This document shows, piece by piece, positions 18,826 through 28,074 of a stretch of DNA of 64,000 nt. Origin of the DNA: Fibrobacteria bacterium (lineage in GTDB: Bacteria > Fibrobacterota > Fibrobacteria > UBA11236 > JADFYW01). The translations under genes and the position numbers were made by a program. The number at the start of each line of letters is the position of its first letter. Within the stretch, counting starts at the first letter, position 1. Where the stretch lies: the NCBI GenBank assembly GCA_050294405.1, contig JBNKOC010000012.1, positions 670,202-734,201 on the forward strand, in the 5' to 3' direction. The notes under the pieces are model-generated. The model was not told the origin of the DNA, ran no database searches, and saw only the letters and a program-made list of their open reading frames with translations.

Positions 18826-21800
18826 ATGTCGGAGTCCGAAGTAGAAAAACTCAAAGGCGAGGTCGCCCGTTTAAATGCGCTGCTTGAAAGAAAAGAGGCG
18901 GAGTTAAAAAGCATTAAGCAGTCCAGGGTTTTTCCTCTGCCCGAATTGTTTGAAGCTTTTCTTACCAGCATTCCCGACCGTATTTATTTCAAAGACTTGG
19001 AGGGCCGTTTTACCAGAGTGAACCCTGCCCTGGTTGAACATTTTAACTGCAAGTCCGAAGAAGAGCTTTTAGGTAAAAGCGATCAGGACTTTTTTGATGA
19101 AAAACATCATCTAAATGCTCTACAAGATGAAAGACAAATAATCCAAACTGGCGAACCCATTCTGGATAAGGAAGAACTGGAAATCCACTTGGATGGAACA
19201 GAAAATTGGGTTCTTACGACCAAAATGCCTTTAAAAGATGCAGATGGTAACATTGTTGGCACCTGCGGGCTATCTCGTAATATCACCAAAATCAAAAAAT
19301 CCGAGGAGCAGCTTCAATCCTTAATGGATAACATTCCGGAGAGGATATATTTTAAAGATACCGAGAGCAAATTTGTAATAGTAAACCGCGCCTGCGCCCG
19401 TGAAATGGGCTTTGAAAATCCAGCTGATGTTATTGGTAAAACGGATATGGATTTTTTTGACAAAACCGTGGCCAGCGAATGGATGGAGGAAGAACGCAGT
19501 ATTGTTCAGGGCGAAAAACCTCTTATTTTTTATGAGGCGCTGGAACAGCGTAACGACGGCCGCGAAGCCTGGGTTTCTGTTTCCAAAATACCCTGGAAAA
19601 ATAACCGTGGCGACATTGTGGGGGTTATTGGAATTACCCATGATATTACCAATGTGAAATCCATGGAACAAAAGCTGTCCACCCTTATGGATAACATCCC
19701 CGACAGCATTTATTTTAAAAATCTGAAAAGCGAATTTGTTTTGGTGAATAAAGGCTGCGCCAGTGGATTCCATTTAAATGATCCCGCCGATGCGCTGGGA
19801 AAAACCGATTTTGACTTTTTTGATCCTATACATGCCAAGCCTTCTTATGATGATGAACAAATGATTATCAAAACGGGCGTTCCCATTATTGGAAAAGAAG
19901 AGTTCGAAAAACGCAACGATGGCCGGGAAACCTGGGTGAGCTCCACCAAAATGCCCTGGCGGGACAGTAAGGGAAATATCATAGGTACCTTTGGGCTTTC
20001 CCGTGACATTACCAAAATTAAAGTGATAGAAGAGCAGTTGGTCACCTTGATGGATACGGTGCCCGATAGCATTTACTTTAAAGATCACAACAGTCGTTTT
20101 GTATTGATTAACCAGGCCTGTGCCCGAAGTTTTAAATTAATCAGCCCAGATGATGCTATTGGACTTACGGACTTCGATATATTCAGCGAGAAACATTCCC
20201 GGGAAGCTTTTGAAGACGAAAAAAAAGTGATGGAGAGCGGAGAAGCCATTATAGGTAAAGAAGAGTTGGAGTCCTGGAACGATGGGAGCGAACGCTGGGT
20301 CTCCACCACTAAAATGCCCTGGCGGGATAAGACCGGCAAGGTCATCGGTGTGTTAGGTGTGTCCCGCGATGTAACTCAAATCAAAAAAGCGGAAATGGAA
20401 TTAAAATGCCTTATGGAATTTTTGCCCGATAGCATTTATTTCAAAGACAGAGCTGGTAAATTCACTCAAGTGAGCCGCTCTAAAGCCATGAAGCACAATT
20501 TAAAAGATCCAAAAGAGGCTATCGGAAAAACGGATTTTGATTTTTTTTCCAGAGAGCGGGCCCAACATGCCCTAATGGACGAGGAAAAAATTATGCGGGA
20601 GGGCACGCCCCTGGTGGGCAAAGAGGATATGGAAGTGCTCCCCGATGGCACCAAAAAATGGACCTCCACAACCAAAGTCCCGCTGCGGGATCACCACGGT
20701 AACATTACAGGCACATTCGGGCTATCCCGTGATGTGACCAAAATGAAACTGGCGGAAGAGGCTCTGCAAATATCAAATGATAGATTGGAACGCAAAGTCC
20801 AAAAACGCACGGAAGAATTGAGCCTTGCTAATAAACAAATGGAACGGCACATTGAGCAATTAAATTACCTAAACCAAAAAGCTCATTTTTTCGCCCAGCT
20901 TATTGATAAGGAAACATTGTTGTCCGCCATTTACTTCAGCTTTGTGGAGCTTTTCCCCAAAGGCCAGGTACACATTGTAGAGTATGAAAACAACCAGTTT
21001 AAAACTTTGTACAATACCCCGGGGCTATTGGAGGGAGCAGCTATTTATCAATGTTTAGATGCCATTAAATTTTATGAGCCCCGGCGAAACCAACAAATAA
21101 CCTTTGTAATGGATTGGAGAGAAAACTCTTTGTTGGCGGATATTTTCCAGGGTATGCTGGAAAATTTTCCATGTTATATGGTGGTTCCCCTAATTGCCAA
21201 TAGAAGATTGCGGGGAGCCGTACAAATATTTATGCCTAGCCAATCCTCCCATAGTTTTGACAAAGAAAAAGCGGTTATTAATACCCTGGCGAGCCAGGCG
21301 GCCATATCCCTAGATAACGCTTTCCACTATCAGGAACTGGGAAGAAAAACCCGTATACAAAGTGAATTGGAAATCGCCCACGGAATTCAGGATAGATACA
21401 CTCCTAAAGATCCACAAATCCCCGGTTTTAAAATTAAAGGGGTATGTAAACCGGCCAACGAGGTGGGCGGGGATTATCTGGATTTTTTCCAAAACGAAGA
21501 AGGCAACTGGGTTATTACCATAGCCGATGTATGTGGAAAGGGAATTCCAGCCGCCCTGGTTATGACCAGTCTTCGCAGCATTGTTAGGGTATTGGGCTTG
21601 CACCAGTCCTCCTCTAAAGAAATTCTGGCGGGTGTAAATGAGTTTATGGGTATTGAACTGCAAAGGGACAAATCTTTTATCACATGTATGTGTCTGGTGA
21701 TTGACAAGTCGGGGCGGTACATGAACTATACCCGGGCGGGCCACCCTATGTTGGTGAACTTCGGGCCCCACAGGGAAAAGCCTGAACCCATTCCTTCCAG

Positions 21801-22092
21801 TGGCTTGGCCCTGGGCATGATTGCCGGAGATGGTTTTAAACCTTTTATAGAAGAAGTGCATGTTGATTTAATCCCAGGCGATAAATTTTTAGCCTATACC
21901 GATGGCCTGGATGAGGCTATGAACCCCAATAAAGAAACCTATGGCCAGGAAAGGCTGTTTAAAGTTCTGGAATCCGCAAAGGAAAAATCCCCCGAACAAG
22001 CTGTTAACATAATTTTATCGGATGTGGAAAGTTATGTTCAGGGACAGAGCCAGTATGATGATTTAACCCTTTTTGTGCTGGAGCGCATTTAA
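18826..22092 (+). CDS. 5xPAS-GAF-SpoIIE (RsbU-like PP2C) phosphatase
   Basis: Five repeats beginning LMDxIPDxIYFKD; GAF-like region; VGGDYLD, IADVCGKG, RAGHP, YTDGLDE, DDLT. Confidence 0.93.
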   Translation: MSESEVEKLKGEVARLNALLERKEAELKSIKQSRVFPLPELFEAFLTSIPDRIYFKDLEGRFTRVNPALVEHFNCKSEEELLGKSDQDFFDEKHHLNALQDERQIIQTGEPILDKEELEIHLDGTENWVLTTKMPLKDADGNIVGTCGLSRNITKIKKSEEQLQSLMDNIPERIYFKDTESKFVIVNRACAREMGFENPADVIGKTDMDFFDKTVASEWMEEERSIVQGEKPLIFYEALEQRNDGREAWVSVSKIPWKNNRGDIVGVIGITHDITNVKSMEQKLSTLMDNIPDSIYFKNLKSEFVLVNKGCASGFHLNDPADALGKTDFDFFDPIHAKPSYDDEQMIIKTGVPIIGKEEFEKRNDGRETWVSSTKMPWRDSKGNIIGTFGLSRDITKIKVIEEQLVTLMDTVPDSIYFKDHNSRFVLINQACARSFKLISPDDAIGLTDFDIFSEKHSREAFEDEKKVMESGEAIIGKEELESWNDGSERWVSTTKMPWRDKTGKVIGVLGVSRDVTQIKKAEMELKCLMEFLPDSIYFKDRAGKFTQVSRSKAMKHNLKDPKEAIGKTDFDFFSRERAQHALMDEEKIMREGTPLVGKEDMEVLPDGTKKWTSTTKVPLRDHHGNITGTFGLSRDVTKMKLAEEALQISNDRLERKVQKRTEELSLANKQMERHIEQLNYLNQKAHFFAQLIDKETLLSAIYFSFVELFPKGQVHIVEYENNQFKTLYNTPGLLEGAAIYQCLDAIKFYEPRRNQQITFVMDWRENSLLADIFQGMLENFPCYMVVPLIANRRLRGAVQIFMPSQSSHSFDKEKAVINTLASQAAISLDNAFHYQELGRKTRIQSELEIAHGIQDRYTPKDPQIPGFKIKGVCKPANEVGGDYLDFFQNEEGNWVITIADVCGKGIPAALVMTSLRSIVRVLGLHQSSSKEILAGVNEFMGIELQRDKSFITCMCLVIDKSGRYMNYTRAGHPMLVNFGPHREKPEPIPSSGLALGMIAGDGFKPFIEEVHVDLIPGDKFLAYTDGLDEAMNPNKETYGQERLFKVLESAKEKSPEQAVNIILSDVESYVQGQSQYDDLTLFVLERI

Positions 22093-24265
22093 GTTGGCAA
22101 AAGCACCGGGGAAAAATCCAGACTTTAGTTTGGTGAATCTGGCTAAGGCTTTAGAATCCCAAATAGAGTCTGAAAAAAGCGCGACTGAAAATTCTTTCCA
22201 GAGTTTTCTTTTGGATAATTTGCTTATGCATATTCCGGCGGCCATTTTTTTTAAGGACCTCGACGGAAAATATATAAGGGTTAGCCGGGAGTTTTTGAAA
22301 AAGCTGCAGTTGCGTCTGGAAGAAGATGTGCTGGGGAAAAAGAATTCCGATTTTTTTGCCGAGCCCAGTTCTAATGAGGTGGAGCGGGACGATGAGTTTG
22401 TATTGCATAGCGGCACATCTATACATGGAAAAGAAAATTTGGAGTTGCTAAAAGACGGCCGGGAAATATGGAGCAAACTATCGAAATTTCCTCTTAAAAC
22501 GACTTCGGGCAAAGTGCTGGGTACCCTAGGCATAGCTTTTGACGTATCGGATATGCGCAAAATGGAATTGGATTTGCGTATGTTATTGGATAACCTTCCC
22601 GATAACATTTATTTCAAAGACAGTGAAGGGAAATATACCCGCATCAACAAAACCATGAGCAACCTTTTGGGGCTGGATACTCCCGAACAGGCCATTGGCC
22701 TTGGGGATTCGGCTTTTTTTTCACCTGCCATTTGCGATACCCTTTCCCAATTAGAATCCAAAGTATTGTCCATGGGCTTGCCTCAAATTGCCGTGGACGA
22801 GCAAATAGAAACCAAGTCGGGTCGTAAAATTTGGCTGTCTTTTACCATACTTCCCATCTGGAACCATCAGGGGCAAATTTCCGGAATATTTGGACTATCC
22901 AGGGACATCTCCCGCTTAAAGGATGTGGAAAAAAAACTCCAGGAGGCCAATACCCTATTGGAAGAAAAGGTCAAGGAGCGGACTTCACAGTTGAGCAAAG
23001 CAAACTTGGGTATGGAAATTCGTCTGCAACAGCTAAAATTTTTAAATCACAAAGCTCACTTTTTTTCTCAGATAGTGGATTTAGAATCTTTGTATTCGGT
23101 TATTTTTTTCGCCTTTGTGGAAAGGTATTCTGATTCTTTAATCCAACTCTGGAGCTATGGTGAAAATGGTTTCAAGGGTGTGCACCAATCCACAGAGTTA
23201 AAGGATTTGGATGTGCAAAGCGGATGTTTGGAAGCCCTTCGCTATCTCGACGCCCAAAATGATTCGGGGCTTTATTATGAAAAAAACTGGCACGAAAATA
23301 TATTGCTCAAAAACTTATTTCCATCAGATTTAAATTCCTATCCGGGTTATGTGGTACTACCCCTTAGCGTGGAAAACCGCCTTAGAGGCGCCATACAAAT
23401 GTTTACCCATTCTTCTTTTGAAAAAATATTTAACCGGGAAGAGATGGTGCTGAATACATTGGGAGTGCAGGCGGCCATTGCTATGGACAGCGCTTCCCAC
23501 TATCAAAAATTAAGGGACAATTCCCGCATAGAAAGCCAGTTGGAAATCGCCAAAAAAATCCAGCAACATTTTATCCCCAGGGGTTCTAATATACCCGGTT
23601 TTGAGCTGACCGGTATTTGCCGCTCAGCCAATGCGGTGGGAGGAGATTATCTGGATTTCTTTCAAAACGAAAAAGGGGATTGGGTGCTGGTGATTGCCGA
23701 TGTATGTGGAAAGGGCATTCCCGCCGCGCTTATGATGACCAGCCTTCGCAGTACTTTAAGGGCCGAAGCCCGAAAACTGAGCTCGTCCAAAGCTATATTG
23801 GCCGCGGTGAATATGTTGCTAAAAGATGATTTGCAGGCAGACAACTCTTTTATCACCTCACTTTGCATGGTCATGGATAAAGAAGGAAAAAAAATGAATT
23901 TTTCCCGAGCGGGACATCCAGGCCTCCTGCGGTTAGAAAAAGGCAAAGGAAAGTTTGAAGTGCTGGCTCCCAGAGGTATTGCTTTAGGGATGGTGGATAC
24001 TCCACAGTTTTTAAAAATTCAGGAAGAGCAAAGTCTGGAGCTCCATTCCGGAGATTGCTTTTTAGCCCATACCGATGGTCTGGATGAAGCAATGAACCAC
24101 GAAAAAAAAACCTATGGTATGGATAGGCTCATAAAACTTTTGAATAAAAACAAAAAATCCTCAGCTGAGGAATTGGTCGATTTAATAATAAAAGATGTGA
24201 GAGATTTTTCTGAGGGTTATCCCCAGTTCGACGATTTGACTTTATTTTCTCTGGCGAAAAAATAA
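22073..24265 (+). CDS. 2xPAS-GAF-SpoIIE (RsbU-like PP2C) phosphatase, paralog of the upstream gene
   Basis: Two PAS repeats, GAF, same SpoIIE motifs. The true start may be TTG 22094 or later. Confidence 0.92.
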   Translation: MCWSAFKLAKAPGKNPDFSLVNLAKALESQIESEKSATENSFQSFLLDNLLMHIPAAIFFKDLDGKYIRVSREFLKKLQLRLEEDVLGKKNSDFFAEPSSNEVERDDEFVLHSGTSIHGKENLELLKDGREIWSKLSKFPLKTTSGKVLGTLGIAFDVSDMRKMELDLRMLLDNLPDNIYFKDSEGKYTRINKTMSNLLGLDTPEQAIGLGDSAFFSPAICDTLSQLESKVLSMGLPQIAVDEQIETKSGRKIWLSFTILPIWNHQGQISGIFGLSRDISRLKDVEKKLQEANTLLEEKVKERTSQLSKANLGMEIRLQQLKFLNHKAHFFSQIVDLESLYSVIFFAFVERYSDSLIQLWSYGENGFKGVHQSTELKDLDVQSGCLEALRYLDAQNDSGLYYEKNWHENILLKNLFPSDLNSYPGYVVLPLSVENRLRGAIQMFTHSSFEKIFNREEMVLNTLGVQAAIAMDSASHYQKLRDNSRIESQLEIAKKIQQHFIPRGSNIPGFELTGICRSANAVGGDYLDFFQNEKGDWVLVIADVCGKGIPAALMMTSLRSTLRAEARKLSSSKAILAAVNMLLKDDLQADNSFITSLCMVMDKEGKKMNFSRAGHPGLLRLEKGKGKFEVLAPRGIALGMVDTPQFLKIQEEQSLELHSGDCFLAHTDGLDEAMNHEKKTYGMDRLIKLLNKNKKSSAEELVDLIIKDVRDFSEGYPQFDDLTLFSLAKK

Positions 24266-24271
24266 AAAGCC

Positions 24272-24901
24272 TTAAAGGTCTTCGGCCAGGGGCCAGGTGG
24301 GGGAGGCTTTGTATTCCGCCGCCTTATCCAAAAACAGCTGCACAAACTTTAGAGAACTGTGTTTTTCCACAAGTTTAATGGATGCATCATACACTTTGTG
24401 AAAGTACTTGTTGCCCAGGTTGATTTCCCTAATGGATGTTATGGTGGTATCCATGGCGTCCGCAGCTTCCACAATTTTTCCCTCTAAATCCAGTTTGGCT
24501 TCTTTAGTGTGCTTAATGTATTTGTCTTTTAATTTTTTAGGCAGCTCCTTGAAAATTTCTTCTTCAATCAAATCAGGCACGATTTCTTTTAGCAAATGGG
24601 CCAGGCGTCCGCCTTTGTATCTGTGTTTTATGGAATGGGGAATGTCCGATAATATGGATTCCTCAAAATCATGGAACAGGGATTTTCGAATCAAGGTTTC
24701 GATGTTAATGGAAGGGTTTTCCTCGTAATCGGCTATCATCAAAGAAATTACCGTAACATTAAACGAATGAGAGGCCACAGATTCAAATTGGATAGTGGGC
24801 AAGGTGCCAAACCGGCGAATGCCTCCGGTGGTTTTTAGCCTTTCAAAAAAAGTAAACAGCTCAGGTAAACTGTTTGATTCCGGGGGTAAATTCATGTCCA
24901 T
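24272..24901 (-). CDS. YfbR-like HD-domain 5'-deoxynucleotidase
   Basis: RRF...ESVASHSF, LFHDFEESILSDIP, IVEAADAMD. Confidence 0.82.
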   Translation of the reverse strand: MDMNLPPESNSLPELFTFFERLKTTGGIRRFGTLPTIQFESVASHSFNVTVISLMIADYEENPSINIETLIRKSLFHDFEESILSDIPHSIKHRYKGGRLAHLLKEIVPDLIEEEIFKELPKKLKDKYIKHTKEAKLDLEGKIVEAADAMDTTITSIREINLGNKYFHKVYDASIKLVEKHSSLKFVQLFLDKAAEYKASPTWPLAEDL

Positions 24902-25443
24902 GATTTTGCTTTCAGGTGTTTGGCAAATTCCAATAAATTTTCAAAAACAGGATAGTTCGTTTTCTCAGCATTATAGTTTTTGTTGCCCGAATTGACTAAA
25001 ATCCCTTGAACTCCCAACTGTATGCCAGTTTGTGCGTCACTGATTTTATCCCCCAGCATAAAGGATTTTTCAAACTCAATCGGATGTGAATTCGCTAAAC
25101 TTCGGAGCATGCCATCTTTGGGTTTTCTACAAGGGCAATCCAGCGTGAACTCGGCAATTTTTCCCTCAAGGTGGTGGGGGCAAATGCGGCTGTCCAGAAT
25201 GGGGGCTCCCTCATTTTTAAAATATTCCAGAATTTGCCGATTCAGCTCCCGGGCTTCTTCCAGGCTAAAAAATCCCCGGGCGACTCCCGATTGGTTGGTC
25301 ACAACAAAAAGGCTGTATCCTAACTCCAATAAAATTTTCAGGGCTTCCAATGTGCCCGGAATAAGGGTAAAATCAGAAAAGGATTGGATATATCCAAAAT
25401 CCTCATTGAGGGTTCCATCACGGTCTAAAAAAATGGCTTTCAT
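24892..25443 (-). CDS. gmhB: D,D-heptose 1,7-bisphosphate phosphatase (HAD-IIIA)
   Basis: KAIFLDRDGTLN, VTNQSG, CPHH...CPCRKP, GDKISD. Likely start ATG 25443. Confidence 0.88.
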   Translation of the reverse strand: MKAIFLDRDGTLNEDFGYIQSFSDFTLIPGTLEALKILLELGYSLFVVTNQSGVARGFFSLEEARELNRQILEYFKNEGAPILDSRICPHHLEGKIAEFTLDCPCRKPKDGMLRSLANSHPIEFEKSFMLGDKISDAQTGIQLGVQGILVNSGNKNYNAEKTNYPVFENLLEFAKHLKAKSWT

Positions 25444-25483
25444 TTTAACAACAATAAAAAATATTTTAAAAACAATTCCCAAT

Positions 25484-26716
25484 ATGAAATTATCCCGCCC
25501 ACAGCACAGTTATTTAAGGAATTTTTTCCTTTTGCTGGCTGTTATGGTGCATTTTGCCCCTGCTTTTGAGCGGGCCGAGCCCAAAGCGGTATTGGACTCT
25601 GTGAGTGGACGTGTGGAATTAGTTCGGGCCAGTGATATGAAATGGGAACTGGCTTACAGGGGAATGGAAATTGGCAATAACGACAAGCTTATTGTTCACA
25701 GCAAGGGCTTTGCCAGCGGTCAATTCCCACAAGGTGTGGAATTTTATGTGGATGAAAACTCCAAGTTGCTTTTTAACCTTTCAGAGCCTGGTCCAGAAAA
25801 AATTCCGGATAAAATTTTTACCCTCTATCAGGGCAAAGCTGTTTTTTCTCTCAGAAGGCCATTAATGGATGTAGGTGGTGGAGAGCTTCGGGTTTATTTA
25901 AAAGGGCTTTCCCTTAAAGCCAAAGAAGGGGCGGTGGCTGTATGCAATAACCCTAAAAAAGGGGATATTAGCGCCCATTTTTTAAGTGGGACCTATTATA
26001 ATTTCAGCGCCGCTAATTCACAGGAGCATTACATTCGAGGAGGGAGGGAAATTTATCTGGATTCCTCTGGCTTAGCTGTAAATGAAGACGATATCCAATT
26101 AAAGCCCCTTTCTTTGAGATTTCCTTTTATGAGCAGCAAATATTTTGAAGATGAAATATACAGGGGCCAGTTGTTGCAAAAGCGGGAACAGGATGTTATT
26201 TCAGGAACCCGGCTGGGCAAAGTAGTTGTTATGGAAACGGCAAACCTGGTGAGGGACAAAGAAAAATGGCGGCCACAAAAATATTTCTCCCAGCTTTTGG
26301 CAGAACAAATTTATGATGTAACATACAGGGAGCTGGAATTAATAGGCCCGAGCGCTGATGTGCCCCGGGAAATAGCCAAAAAAAAAGAAGCGGATAGAAT
26401 CGTGCAAAGTGAAATACATAGCTTAAAGCTCGATAAAACAACCCGGCTTAATGAAGATAGCAGTAAATATGAATTGAAGCTGGATATGGAATTAAAAATT
26501 AAAATTTCCATTCTGGAAATGCCCACGGGAAAGGTTTTAAAAGAGGCTTTTTTCCAGGCCCAATTGCTGGGGGATAAATATGAAGCCGCTCAGTTGGAAA
26601 ATTTTTTGGCCAAACCTTTAAATGATGAAAATCCCATTTTTAAAACGGCGAGCTTTTTAAAAATAATAAGGGGCCTCAAAGCGCAAATCAGAAGGTTTGC
26701 CCGCAGCGCAGTATAA
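25484..26716 (+). CDS. Exported protein with N-terminal FecR-like domain
   Basis: Signal peptide from ATG 25484; VSGRVEL...W...GMEI...D.L...VDENSKL...LYQGK pattern. The upstream part of the track ORF is antisense to gmhB. Confidence 0.65.
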   Translation: MKLSRPQHSYLRNFFLLLAVMVHFAPAFERAEPKAVLDSVSGRVELVRASDMKWELAYRGMEIGNNDKLIVHSKGFASGQFPQGVEFYVDENSKLLFNLSEPGPEKIPDKIFTLYQGKAVFSLRRPLMDVGGGELRVYLKGLSLKAKEGAVAVCNNPKKGDISAHFLSGTYYNFSAANSQEHYIRGGREIYLDSSGLAVNEDDIQLKPLSLRFPFMSSKYFEDEIYRGQLLQKREQDVISGTRLGKVVVMETANLVRDKEKWRPQKYFSQLLAEQIYDVTYRELELIGPSADVPREIAKKKEADRIVQSEIHSLKLDKTTRLNEDSSKYELKLDMELKIKISILEMPTGKVLKEAFFQAQLLGDKYEAAQLENFLAKPLNDENPIFKTASFLKIIRGLKAQIRRFARSAV

Positions 26717-26720
26717 TAAG

Positions 26721-27974
26721 CTAAGCTTCCACTCCCAGGAATTCATTAATTTCCTGAATGGAATTAAAAATAGATAGTACCGTATCAATTTTTGAAATCT
26801 GCATCATTTCCAAAATTTTAAACTGGCAGCCAAATACATAAACAAATCCATCGTGTTGTTTTACCCGTTTTTGAAAATTAATCAGAAAGCCCACTCCCGA
26901 ACTGTCGATGTATTCCAGGTCCCTAAAGTCCAACACAAAGGCATTTTCTTTAGGCACCAATTCATCCACTGTGAACTTCATGGTTAATATGGTTTGGGCT
27001 GTTAATATGCCCCTGAGCTGGAGCACCAAATAATCGGGACGTTGTATTTGCTCAATGGATAATTCTTTTTTGTTTACTAAGGAGGATTTTAATTTGTTTT
27101 TTAAAACTTCCCTCATGGAGTCCCGTAAAAAATCCACCTCTGAATTATTTCCCAACTTTTTTATGACAATTAACAAATTGTTTTGGACCATTTCATCGGG
27201 ATCATCCTGAACCAGCTTTAACAGCTTAAGCATGGTGCTGCTGGCCTCTCCTATTTCGCCAATAACCCATACAGCGCTGGCTCGGAACAAGGCTTTGGGG
27301 GATAAAAGCATTTCCTTTAAATCGGGGTTAATGTCTGTATCCGAAATTTTAAAAAGGGCTTTTAAGGTGTTCGCTCTAACTCTGTTGTTAGGGTCCTGTC
27401 GAAAGCGGTTTAATATGCGTACAAAGTATTTGTTATTGAGATTTTCGAAAACTTCAATGGTATTGGCTTTAACCCTGTTGTCGCTATCCTCTAAAAAACG
27501 GGCCAATACATCGGCGTTCACTCGGGAAGCCACTTCTCCAATATGTTTAACAGCAGTGGCCCTTACTTTACGGTTTTGGTTGCGAAGGGTGATTTTTAAT
27601 ATTTCTTCGGCGCGTTTTTCTGTAACAAAATATTTTAAAACAATAAGCGCATCAATAATGTCATCGGGCTGGCCATCTTCCACTAAGTAATTGAGATGTA
27701 GCACATAACTTGGGTCCAGCTTGTTTACGGTTTGTACTGCGGCTGTTATACTCTGCTCTGTTTTTTGCTTTTCGGTTCCCGTTTTTAAAAGGTCCAGAGA
27801 AAGTTTAATGGCAGAGGATTGGGCCAACTTGCTGACTTCCGGTTCTGACGCTTTGGTCAATTCAAAAATTTTTGGGATGTAATGGGGCGAATTTGTGTTT
27901 AAGGCGAGCTTGATTCCCTGCAATTGCAAATGGGGGCTATCGGCTGTTAACAGTTTGTCTATGCGCTGGGACAA
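26721..27974 (-). CDS. HEAT-repeat protein with C-terminal STAS domain
   Basis: Repeated D.D.RV(K/R)AN HEAT units; C-terminal VLDFRDLEYIDSSGVGFL canonical STAS motif. Confidence 0.85.
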   Translation of the reverse strand: MSQRIDKLLTADSPHLQLQGIKLALNTNSPHYIPKIFELTKASEPEVSKLAQSSAIKLSLDLLKTGTEKQKTEQSITAAVQTVNKLDPSYVLHLNYLVEDGQPDDIIDALIVLKYFVTEKRAEEILKITLRNQNRKVRATAVKHIGEVASRVNADVLARFLEDSDNRVKANTIEVFENLNNKYFVRILNRFRQDPNNRVRANTLKALFKISDTDINPDLKEMLLSPKALFRASAVWVIGEIGEASSTMLKLLKLVQDDPDEMVQNNLLIVIKKLGNNSEVDFLRDSMREVLKNKLKSSLVNKKELSIEQIQRPDYLVLQLRGILTAQTILTMKFTVDELVPKENAFVLDFRDLEYIDSSGVGFLINFQKRVKQHDGFVYVFGCQFKILEMMQISKIDTVLSIFNSIQEINEFLGVEA

Positions 27975-28074
27975 GAGTGAAAATTCCTGGGAAAAAAATA
28001 TTTGTGTTTTTTTAGATTATACCTCTTCCGGGAAAAGCAGGTCAATATCCGGGGATTGAATTTAAATTTAGGGC

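Noticed and set aside
18940..20760. Recurring DNA similarity that could suggest a CRISPR or tandem array
   Set aside because: It is explained by the five in-frame PAS-domain repeats; there is no repeat-spacer structure and no cas genes.
25022..25483. N-terminal 154 aa of track ORF 25022..26716
   Set aside because: It is antisense to gmhB; a signal peptide begins at ATG 25484, which is the more plausible start.
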